Shown piece after piece: positions 21,701 through 30,900 of a DNA stretch of 64,000 bases. Numbering within the stretch: the stretch's first letter is position 1; the number at the start of each line of letters is the position of its first letter. The notes beneath the pieces were generated by a model. The model saw only the letters and a program-made list of their open reading frames with translations, did no database searches and had not been told where the DNA came from. This stretch comes from Naegleria gruberi. Its lineage: Eukaryota. The stretch lies in assembly GCA_000004985.1 (NCBI GenBank), contig GG738906.1, one strand, 5' to 3'. Made by a program: the position numbers and the translations under genes.

Positions 21701-23748
21701 AACCTATGGAAGTGTTGACTGATGTATTGGTTGTAAATATCAACGTTGAACCTAATCTCACTCTTGCTTCTCGTATTGTATTCATGACTATTGCTAAATA
21801 CCTCAATGAAGAATGCTTGGATATTTTATTCAATTATTTAATGAAAGATGGCGAAGTGCAAGATATTGAGGATGAGAGCGACGAAGAGGAAGAGGAAGAA
21901 GAGGATGACGAAAGCGATGATGAAAAAACTGATACCCTTGATGAAGAACCATTAGAAAACGAAACTGAAGGATCAGTCATCATAAGAACTGATGAAGAGG
22001 AAGAAGAGGGTGGTATTGACCTTAACAATCCAGGTGATGTTTCCAAAGTATTGGAGATGCTCAAAGCACGTAATGAAGCTAAAAAGAAAAAGTCTGAAGA
22101 AAAACAGCAAAAATTGAAGCGTATGGAATTTGCCATGAATATTGTACAAGTATTGGAGGGATTATGTATTAAGAGCATTCCTCAACCAGTACTCATTCTC
22201 CTCTTATTCAAATCAACTCAATATATCCTTGAAAAGATTTGGTCCCAAAATGATGAAGAAGTAGCAGAACATTTAAAGAAGGCAACAGGATATGCTGTTA
22301 ATACTATCTTTAATAAGGTTCTTCAATTAGTCCAAATCTTAACCAGAGAATATCGTCAACAATTACTGACAGATTCAAACTCAAGCATATGTGCTATAGT
22401 TTTCGAACAAGAGGCAAAGGATGCATTGTTTGAAACAGCTAGAGTTTTTGCTTTAGAGTTTTCCAAGTATGGTATCTTGTTATCCTCTCTTCAAGGTAAA
22501 ACCAAAAAGTCTATCACCAATAAGAATTCTCCAAGTTTGAATATGGAACAATCTGCTCACATGTTGAGTATCTTTATTAGACTGATGTATGTATTAAAGA
22601 AGAGTGACAACACAGAGATGGACTCTCAAATTGAAAAGATGCTTTTTGGTTCTTCCGATAACGACGAAGAAATGGGAACTTCTATGGAATTATTAATTTC
22701 TTTGGCTCAATCAGATTCACACATTGCCAGTACTTTGGGTAGTAAGATTATAATGTTTGCTTTGGATAAGGTTATTAACTCTGGTGATAAGAAATATCGT
22801 GATAGAAAATCAGGTCGTGTTCTTGCCCAACAACCATATCAAAGAGAAATGTACGATAGAATTTTAGGAAGCCTAGTTAAACCATTTGTATTGTCATTAT
22901 CTGGAGAAAATAAGACATCTTCAACTGCTAATGCTGTTCTATTAATGGTTTTAGAATCATATGTGAAAGATATTTGTCCAGCTATGAAACTTATCAAATC
23001 AACTTCAATTAAGGCTAAAAATCTCAAGAAGAGTGCTAGTGTACTTTTAACCGTTTTGGAGTATTTAGCAAATCATTCATCAATGCAAAAAGATTTTACC
23101 GAGGTTCAATTCAGAGAATTATTAACATGTTTCTACTTTGTATTCCATCAACAAGAAAAGAAACAAGGTGAAGAAAAGAAGGAATCAATTTGGACTCAAG
23201 CGTTACCACTGTTTGAAGAATGGAGAAAGAGATGGAATTTAGGCTCAACTCTCGTCCAGGATTTTATTACATCAAACCAAGATTTGGACAAGTCTGCTAT
23301 TGAAATTATGAAACAAAGAAGAGAGGTTTTCAAAAAGGAAAGAAAGGAACGAGTGAAACAGTCAACCGAGCAAACTCCTGAAGAAAACAAGAAGAAGAGA
23401 AAGAGAAATGAAAAGAAGGAGTTAAATGAACCAGTAATCGAGAAGAAGGAAGAGGTCAAGAAGGAAAAGCCAATAGAAGAAGCTCCACAAAAGAAGAGAA
23501 AACAAACTCCATCAGCTTTTGTTTTTGAAACTGATGAAAAACCAGTCCAAACAATTGAAGAAATGAAAAAGAAGAGTGGTGATATTCCTGCTTCTAAAAA
23601 GGCTACAGCCACCTCTGTCAATCAAACAGATAAGAAGTCTTCCAACAAACAAGAATCTACTCTTTTCAACGAAACAGCTTCAAGTATTGCCAAGAAGAAT
23701 ACAAAGAAACCAACCAAAACAGCAACACAAAAGAAATCCAAACAATAA
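18742..23748 (+). CDS. Large (1668 aa) nuclear/nucleolar-type helical protein with a central poly-acidic tract and a K-rich C-terminal tail. Family unresolved; it possibly resembles DNA polymerase phi/MYBBP1A.
   Basis: Continuous ORF whose first ATG is at 18742. Acidic block DIEDESDEEEEEEEDDESDDEKTD...EEEEEGG, many KKRK NLS-like runs, and a lysine-rich C-terminus. Confidence 0.7.
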   Translation: MPKTPTSKKSSSNNVATPNNNGKPSTTTGNHATISKKITFKDRLFQHIEKSFTQQPQLTQTLITELQQLLTLPSVTKEEILHFFLSLFDQCAEQTHSKNPRNNFADSTFFSSLSITLLGSVVPSSIQQNVNLFSLDELYKLLKQTQQQSSSGDFYEQVKVRLVFITGCFFTGSVFMGQTQNGKKQKSNTLLSKFVEEVQQDYRRLLKKKKEQGENVEEKKQQAILSVLFAEAIGAILTCMKQASLKKNSSVTKKELDTLCMELETSFLPEIVDRTPSLPESDDDDEEMQEGEKKKTLKDREVVMDGPFSRNMLQSTYTELSLYLLHYYIQENSPSTMVERNTILTGGRFSSEDESSQFSVLLTRSFMASLIEHMNEYRHLPIHCFTTHFLKQLIEPIILTHLKKKSKKTSNVEDQFELAKELLESFFIQLISQMQAPPSLLQQPKTGSTSDIIAQISSRKAYWWEIQVFQSVLESLDKGSDKTVMNFILDNILPLGDIEGVVNPFLVMWGAVLNECKQFLKNVPTSGSSSPTTGNTLLNSLLMLVVKKQEQKKRKRIAEAEENNTVPNVETEALKNEYKMKQVREEFFQYQIWLGTQLRPRIMSLTSLTPSLSKYLLSRESVLCKVSNTLGTYTAEKLSTFTIEADKKKRKAQEDDEDIISLSRRTSRSLLRGLSSWLRDSIKHRVGTITRSILLILSQYDEQMERFIAKKNQMDLVHDTLLQTEEKEEEWLNEEALRFLLSCFPTNVRVYDKSEDSFTTEDLTILLKKLFEVGSLMNYVSDKPLLTKKSDEERETLIRHRSYYGKDIVDLSSNLVKLIINNLAVQEFNWMRQQFHTKEVKETEKQLTSSKSWSNELYSYAIKLFGLEEKSKQEKRKRIFETKDNNSNFKKLQSLLGSIQSDLDKCSIGSSSKACMDWSILSSLAIYIRQVLVTSFFDPWIIESEAQGQPMVEDLARVYGTISKLSSSDLILICQKKEDSMQDESIQPMEVLTDVLVVNINVEPNLTLASRIVFMTIAKYLNEECLDILFNYLMKDGEVQDIEDESDEEEEEEEDDESDDEKTDTLDEEPLENETEGSVIIRTDEEEEEGGIDLNNPGDVSKVLEMLKARNEAKKKKSEEKQQKLKRMEFAMNIVQVLEGLCIKSIPQPVLILLLFKSTQYILEKIWSQNDEEVAEHLKKATGYAVNTIFNKVLQLVQILTREYRQQLLTDSNSSICAIVFEQEAKDALFETARVFALEFSKYGILLSSLQGKTKKSITNKNSPSLNMEQSAHMLSIFIRLMYVLKKSDNTEMDSQIEKMLFGSSDNDEEMGTSMELLISLAQSDSHIASTLGSKIIMFALDKVINSGDKKYRDRKSGRVLAQQPYQREMYDRILGSLVKPFVLSLSGENKTSSTANAVLLMVLESYVKDICPAMKLIKSTSIKAKNLKKSASVLLTVLEYLANHSSMQKDFTEVQFRELLTCFYFVFHQQEKKQGEEKKESIWTQALPLFEEWRKRWNLGSTLVQDFITSNQDLDKSAIEIMKQRREVFKKERKERVKQSTEQTPEENKKKRKRNEKKELNEPVIEKKEEVKKEKPIEEAPQKKRKQTPSAFVFETDEKPVQTIEEMKKKSGDIPASKKATATSVNQTDKKSSNKQESTLFNETASSIAKKNTKKPTKTATQKKSKQ

Positions 23749-23790
23749 AAGACTCATTTCACCATTCAAACGTCATCTCTCATCAAAAAA

Positions 23791-24150
23791 ATGAACAAAC
23801 CACTGGCTTTTGTTTTAGTACTGTTGTTGGTGTGTTGTTTGATGCAATATGTTCAGTCATCATCACTGTCTTCTCTTCTATCCTATTCCGATTCTCTAAC
23901 ACTACATCAGAAAGAAAATACTCTTATTTTGGCTGATGAGGCTAAAGTTGGATCTATTGTGACATTGACTAATGAGGAGTTTGAAGATTTTTCTAATGCT
24001 GAAATATTTGGGGAGGATTTACAATTCGTGGAGAATGATGGAGAGTTGACTCTTTCAAATAATAATATACTGTCTGCCGATAAACAGAGTGTTTCTTCCA
24101 TTACCACATTGAACAAGGAAGAAGAAACCAATGTTTCTTGGTTGGCATAA
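23791..24150 (+). CDS. Small secreted protein, 119 aa, with a signal peptide. Hypothetical.
   Basis: N-terminal MNKPLAFVLVLLLVCCLMQYVQSSS fits a signal peptide. The ORF fits exactly between two flanking genes. No homology recognised. Confidence 0.4.
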   Translation: MNKPLAFVLVLLLVCCLMQYVQSSSLSSLLSYSDSLTLHQKENTLILADEAKVGSIVTLTNEEFEDFSNAEIFGEDLQFVENDGELTLSNNNILSADKQSVSSITTLNKEEETNVSWLA

Positions 24151-24159
24151 TAATAAACT

Positions 24160-26703
24160 TTAAAAATGGTTTTTATTTGGCTTTTTGTTTTGAGCAATAA
24201 CAGCTTGGGAATTGTAAAGGTCAGCTATTTGCTCTGCTGAGGTGGCTTGTTCTGGCTTTTTGTCTTCTCTTGTTCTAACAAATCTTGGAAATCTTAGGGC
24301 AATACCTTTAGATTCATCAACTAGTCCTATTGCAGCCATGTGAGCAGGCGAAATGGTAAGATCAGCTGCCTTAATCTCCCAAACAACATTGGCATCAAAC
24401 CATACATCAGGTCTTTGACTTTCTCTAAAGCTAAAGTAGGATTTTGGTGCAGAAATTATGTGTTCATTCATTTTATCTGCACATTCCTTCAGCATTTCGT
24501 CTGAAAATCCTGTTCCTATCTTACATATAGATTGGTATTGGTCGGATTCTGGATCAAAGCATGCAAGTAAAAAGCCACCATAAACACCAGTACGTTTACC
24601 TCTTCCCTTGTAGCCTCCGATAACTACCAAGTCAACCGAGTCACCTAACCCTTCAATATAATCCTTCTTAAGCTTTAACCAGTTGAAAGACCTTTTTGAG
24701 GGTTCATAAGTGGCATCTACCTCTAAAGTTTTAACCATCAAACCTTCACAGTTACCCTTGATTGAATCTTCCAAAAACACTTGAATGTCATTAAGGTCGT
24801 TTGTATCTCTGTGGGATGCAAACATGAATTTATCGTCAGAGGTAGCGAAAGAATCATGAAGTATTCCTCTTCTTTCCTTAAGATTCTTCTTGAGGCATGA
24901 CTCACCATTAATGTACAGAATATCAAAGGCAAATAGACAAACCTGAACCTTGATATCATTAATATTAATATTTTTTCTTCCTCTTGTGCTTAGTACCTGG
25001 AAAGGTTTAATCTTTTTTTCAATAGGATCAAAGGCAACAACCTCACAGTCAATAATGAAACTCTTGACATGTTCTTTAGTAACTTGAGGAAGCATTTGAA
25101 TCAAGTCAGGATATTTGCTGGTGTGGTTTTCCATATTTCTACTGAAAATTTTGATAGACTTATCTGGAAGCATGTGTATTTGGGCTCTCTCTCCATCATA
25201 TTTGAATTCACAGGTAAATTCTTTTTCTCCAAACCTGTCAAATAATTCTTGAACACCTTTTGCGCTCTTAGCCAACATTGGACGAACTGGAAATCCAGGT
25301 TTCAAATGGCAAATATCATGTAACTTTTCGAAACCATGTTCTAATAAAGCTGGTATAATGTCATCATAACTTGGAAGTTCAGAGTAGACAGATTTAAGAG
25401 TTTCCTTAGCAAACTTAAGGTCTGCTTCATCTAGAACTTTTTTACCACCCCTACTCAATAAAATCGCATGGGAAAGAGCAATTAGCACTGTCTCTTCACC
25501 AAGTCCTATTCTCAATTTACCTTGTAAGGACCTTATGATAAACATTGGCTCAACATCAACTGAGGAAACGAGCAATAATTTAATCTTCTCTACTTTTGTG
25601 TTCATACTCTTCTTACCTTCTGTTGTGGCAATAAATTTGAACGAATCATAAACACTCTTAAGGGTTAATGATTTAGGTTTGAACATGGTTTTTTGTGTAC
25701 TTCTAGCTACATTTGCCACTAGACCAAGATCACCTTCTTTAACACTCAATTCTTTGATTTTCTTCAATGTCTTTCCGGTTGCCTCTGCTAGAGCTTTCAT
25801 AATTAAACTTTCACCAACACCCAACTCGATACCAAAGTGGGAAGGCGCTAATTTGTTAATAGATAAATAGACAGAATAAAGCAAATCACTTGGTGATGTA
25901 GCAATAATACTTCTAAAACAATTACATAACAGTTCAGTTTTTTTGATAGAAGAACCAATTTTTGAAATTTCATCTAAAGTTTTGGCAAGAAAAAGGTATG
26001 GTGCACTTTTAAATTTAGACAAAATTAGAGTAGTAAAAACAAACCTATTTCCAGTCTTCCAGGTTGCAGAGGCGATTGGGTCGTATGAGTTGTATTCATA
26101 GTTTGGAGCTTTAGAATTCTTTTTAACACTCGTTGAAACTTTACAAGAAACCGAATCATTTTCTTCTTCAATCTCATCATGATCTTCTTCCTCTTCTTCA
26201 TCGGAAGAGTATGATGTAGTATCCATTAATGTAGAGGTTTTTTCCTCCTCCTCTTCTTCTATTGTTTCGTCATCAATTTCATCATCTATTATTTTTCTTT
26301 TTTTTGTTTCATCGGATTGTTCAACTTTTTCTTTTCTCTCCTCATCGTTTCTTTTTCTTTTCTCTGTTTGTTGCGAATTTTTTGATCCAAAGAATGATCT
26401 GTTTTTACGGTAATTATGGCTTTGCTCCAGATTTGTGAAACTTACGTCAAGGAAGATTGTTCTTTTTTCATTTTTTTTTATTTTTAACAACAATTTTTGG
26501 CGCGATGTCGTTTCATTAATTCTGGTTGAGACAGTAACATTGTTAACTTGATTCAAACAATCAAAAAGTAAATCCCAAAAGGCTGACACATTCATTTTCA
26601 TAGTAACATGAACATTCTTTGGAAGATTTGTCATGTGATAAATGTCACACACAGTTCTTCCATCACAAAACCTGGAGTTACATTCAATATCAACCCTCAT
26701 CAA
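24160..26703 (-). CDS. lig1: ATP-dependent DNA ligase I.
   Basis: Adenylation motif EFTCEFKYDGERAQIH (KxDGxR). DNA-binding, adenylation and OB-fold domains lie in the canonical order (…EGLMVKTL…, …VYGGFLLACFD…, …PRFVRTREDK…). There is an acidic N-terminal linker. Confidence 0.9.
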   Translation of the reverse strand: MMRVDIECNSRFCDGRTVCDIYHMTNLPKNVHVTMKMNVSAFWDLLFDCLNQVNNVTVSTRINETTSRQKLLLKIKKNEKRTIFLDVSFTNLEQSHNYRKNRSFFGSKNSQQTEKRKRNDEERKEKVEQSDETKKRKIIDDEIDDETIEEEEEEKTSTLMDTTSYSSDEEEEEDHDEIEEENDSVSCKVSTSVKKNSKAPNYEYNSYDPIASATWKTGNRFVFTTLILSKFKSAPYLFLAKTLDEISKIGSSIKKTELLCNCFRSIIATSPSDLLYSVYLSINKLAPSHFGIELGVGESLIMKALAEATGKTLKKIKELSVKEGDLGLVANVARSTQKTMFKPKSLTLKSVYDSFKFIATTEGKKSMNTKVEKIKLLLVSSVDVEPMFIIRSLQGKLRIGLGEETVLIALSHAILLSRGGKKVLDEADLKFAKETLKSVYSELPSYDDIIPALLEHGFEKLHDICHLKPGFPVRPMLAKSAKGVQELFDRFGEKEFTCEFKYDGERAQIHMLPDKSIKIFSRNMENHTSKYPDLIQMLPQVTKEHVKSFIIDCEVVAFDPIEKKIKPFQVLSTRGRKNININDIKVQVCLFAFDILYINGESCLKKNLKERRGILHDSFATSDDKFMFASHRDTNDLNDIQVFLEDSIKGNCEGLMVKTLEVDATYEPSKRSFNWLKLKKDYIEGLGDSVDLVVIGGYKGRGKRTGVYGGFLLACFDPESDQYQSICKIGTGFSDEMLKECADKMNEHIISAPKSYFSFRESQRPDVWFDANVVWEIKAADLTISPAHMAAIGLVDESKGIALRFPRFVRTREDKKPEQATSAEQIADLYNSQAVIAQNKKPNKNHF

Positions 26704-26807
26704 TTCACATTCAAAGAGGGATGGATTAATGAGATAGGCTATTGTGCATGGATCGTGGAGTGGGGGATTTCTTTTGATTTTGTATTAATATAGAGTATTT
26801 GAAATAC

Positions 26808-27647
26808 TTACTCCATGTAAAACACTCTCTTATAAGTTTGCTTGAAAAAGAGCAACAACTGTTTACAAATAGTTCCAAAATTTGAGTTCATATCTTCACA
26901 TCTTTTGATAATTTCTGGTGTGGCTAAGGCTGTGTGAGTAACTTCCAATGGTACCATTACAACTTTCAAGCCTGATTCAAATAGGACTTGGGCAGCTTCT
27001 GGATCTCCTTCCACATTAAATTCAGCAGCCCTACCAGTATTTCCAAAATTAATGGCTCCTCCCATAACAATAATTTGTGAAATGTATTGTTTAACTTCTG
27101 GATATAATATCAATAAAAGAGCAGCATTGGTAAATTGACCTGTACATACAAGATTGACAGGTCTTTTTTGAGATGAAATAACCTTGTACATATAGTTGAC
27201 TGCTTTTTCATCAGCTATTGGGCTCTTATTTGGGATAGGAAATGTTGGTCCATCAAAGTCTAAACCAGACTCACCATGAATTTCCGCACAACTTTAAATA
27301 AATCAAAATAAATAATCATAATTTCAATTTTCATAAATAAACATTGTGAAAACCTACTGCTTGGCAGGTCGAATGATCGGTTTGCTTTGTCCTCTAACAA
27401 CAGGGATGTCAGCAAAATTTGGTCCCATAGATGATATGGCCTTCAAACAATTGATTGTAGTCTTGTCAACAGATTGATTACCTCCTACTGATGAAATTCC
27501 TAACAATTTAATGGATGGATGAATACACATCAAAATAGCAAAAAAATCATCGTGACCAGGGTCACAGTCAAGCCTTAACTTGTTCAAAATACATCGGACA
27601 ATGTCAAATACATACCACACGAGTGAAGGATCTTCATAGGTAGCCAT
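26808..27647 (-). CDS. Inosine-uridine preferring nucleoside hydrolase (IU-NH family). 2 exons: 27358..27647 and 26808..27291.
   Basis: N-terminal DCDPGHDD (DxDxxxDD Ca-binding motif), then ...HGESGLDFDG and IVMGGAINFGNTGRAAEFNVEGDPEAAQVLF. The intron at 27292..27357 (gtaggt...aaag) removes the in-frame TAG and yields ...RPAKHCAEIHGESGLD. Confidence 0.8.
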
Positions 27648-27930
27648 TTTTTAAATAATTAATTTTTTAAATATTAATTTTTTAATGACCTTGGATCTCC
27701 TACCAATAGAACAAAAACGTCTCCTTTCGTTGATTAGATTGATAAAAAAAAGTAATGGTACAACAACCCTCTTCCTTTGATAGAACATTTAACGCTTGTG
27801 GAATTTTGTGTGTGACACAAACTAGCCGCCCAAAAACAGGGGCACCTTTTACTGTTCAAGTCAAAATTTATTCAAAAAGAAAATCCAAACACCACGTAAC
27901 TATTTTTTGAAGGAGTGTTTAGGTGGCAAG

Positions 27931-30900
27931 ATGAAGCAATATTTGTTAAATGTGGCGCTTTTGTTATTAATTTTCTGTGTTTGTGTTTCTTCTTCGGTTG
28001 CTACAAGAAGCAGTACAGAGATTTGTGGATTATTAAGAAGTTTTTCATCGTTCAAGCCTAATGCAGATCCAGATTACTTGGTCGGATTAGATGATTTATC
28101 TTGGGTGAGCACAGCTTGCCAATCCTTAAATACCAACGATACGGAGTGGACTTTCAGTACAGGATGGTTGGAATCTAAAACCATCAAGCCAACTTTTCTG
28201 CCTTCCCAACTCTCTACAATTAACACCAATATATTAAGAAACACTACATTTTCCTACAATATGGAAAATGATACCATCTATTTGGAGGTTACCTTTTCGA
28301 TCAATTCAATTGTGAAGGGAAAAGTTGATGTTATCAATGTGGATGCAGAAGAATTGATCTATACATTTAAGAAATCTACCAGGGATTACATCGATTTTTC
28401 TTCCCTTTCCTTTTCCCCAATTTCTTGGGAGGGAAGCTTAACTTCAAATTCTTGCAACGCTTCAAATATTAATTCCTTCACGAGAACTATATGTTTTTTC
28501 GATTCAAACCTCTTTGATGGCTCTAAGCCTGTTATTTTGGCCATAGGTAATTCTACTAATGATGTTGAGAATGGACTCAGCCAAGAAATTACTTCAAGTT
28601 TCATGTATTTGGCGACTCAATTTGGTGTCAACACACACTTTACTCAAATATCTCCATATAGTTTTAGTTCACCTTCGGTGAGAGGGGTTTTTTTGGATAG
28701 CTCCATGATGTTGAGGCACTTTACAAATGCTACCTACATTCCAAAATCAAAACTTTTTGATTATGAGAAAAACGTCTTCTTTTCAAATCAAGGAGAACTT
28801 TATCAATTATCTGTAGAATGTATAGCAGAAAACTGTTTAGGATCAACCATTGAAGCTCTTAAAGAACTTTTAGAAGAGTCAACTAGAGCTACAAACTGCT
28901 CTATTTCATTCGAAAGAGCTAAATCAAGTTTGACAGCAGCTATTTTTATTACTGATACATCCATCCACCCTCTTGCTTACTCTGGATATAGTGAAGGATT
29001 CGCATTTTGTAGAAATATCAATGATAGTGCGGTTAGTGTTAGAATCGCTGTTAGGGCAACACCAGTAAATGAAATATGGCCTGTCAAACTATATACCCAA
29101 AACGCAAAGAGTGCTTCTACCTTATTACGTTCTATACCTCTATCTTTGAATGGGTATATTTCAGGAAAAATACATTATAATGGTGATTTGTACTATTCTT
29201 ATCCATCAAACATTTATTCCAGTTTGCCTAATAGTGGAGTTTTTATAAGAGATTTGTCCATCAATACCAAATTGATTCATAACGTTATGGGAAAGGTTAG
29301 AAATTCATTATTTACAAACGTATCTGTTCTTGATCAATATGTACTTGGTTTAATGAGTGAAACAAATGTAGATTCAATAATTGCAGATTATTCGAGTGGC
29401 ACAATGTTTCCAACCTTTATTGGATTTTTTAAACATTTTTCTGAGAAATATTATGATAGTATCAGATTCTTGATTAAGAATGACACTGAGTCAACTGTTG
29501 AAGTTTCCATAATTTGCTCCAACAAAGAGTCAATTAATATTACTGATTATGGCATTTCTTCCATAAATTCTCAATTAGAAATCTTTAGAACCAAGGTGTT
29601 AGAAAAATATCCAGAATTATCAAACCTTAAAACCAATACTATTTCCGAAGTTACCCTACTTTCAAAACAACTCTTTACTGGTGCTGTTACTTCCATGATC
29701 CACATTACTGGCTTTTCAACAGAAGATGTATCAGTTTTTGTTGGTTCTCAATTGGATTATTCTGCATCTTTATATTTGAAGGCAAACTTTGAGCAAAGCT
29801 TATTTTCGGAAATTTACGCCTCCCATGATTACAAGACTAATAGTAGTGCGATAAAAGGAAAAATCACAAGAAATGGAGAAGCATTTTTTGTTGGATTGAG
29901 TGAAGGAAATGTAATAGTGGGATCCTCCCCTGCAGGTGTTTCTTTCATGAAGTATTCTGACGCAATTTCTATTCTTTCTAGTAGAGTAGATTCTATTCCT
30001 AACATTAACAGAACAATACCCCTCATTTCAAACGTTCTAACTCTAGTAACGGACAAGTTCAGTATTGAAAATATGCTAATCGTTTTAGCAGCCAAATTGA
30101 GATCTACACAACAAGCTAATACTATTGAAGTTTCTGCAGTAATAGAAGAATTTTTATACTCATTCTGCTTTGATTATGGTTGTAGTGGTTCTATCACAGC
30201 CAATGTTTCTCCAAAAGATGGTTCTAATTTGGGAATGTCACTGTCTATTGTGAAAATGCAACATCTGCACATTGTTGAAAATAATTTGGAGATGTTGCCA
30301 ATAACTCCTACAGTAGGTGTATCTTCATTAATTAGAATGGATACGTTTATCCATTTATCCTTAATTAATCCTTCATTCGAGTCATTCACTATTAAAGGGA
30401 AAGGAGAATTAGATAATTGGGCAGTTCCCTTCAGATATAATATGCAATCAGGAAGAGTTTTACAAAGTTTTATATCATTTGATATTAATATGCCATCTTA
30501 TGTTAATTTTGAAATTATTATGGGAATAGAAATTGAACATAACAATGAATCAATCTTTTTCAATTTTAAATCAGGAAATTTGCTGTTATCAAATAACATT
30601 CCATCTATTCAATTTTCAGGTGATGGCCAAGATAGCTTTGTTCCACCTCAAAATGTGATGTACACGCTTAAGGATGTGTTTAAAGTTTTAACACCAATCA
30701 AGAATGGTCCTCTTAATTTTAAAGTTCCGTTTTTAACTGACGATTTCAACCAGTTTGTTGAATGGGATGGTTATGTTGATACACTCACAGACATGTTACT
30801 TTATCCTAAAATGTTGAGAGGGTCAGACCCACTAGTTTCATTTACTTTAGCAGAAGAGCAGACCCTACTAGATGATTTGAATATCACTATTAATGGTATT

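Noticed and set aside
26410-26460. A possible 47-nt GTAAGT..AACAG intron in the DNA ligase N-terminal region, which would bring the RSFF motif to the N-terminus
   Set aside because: Splicing it would shift the frame into a stop, whereas read-through keeps the frame open. I retained it as coding and flagged the start as uncertain.
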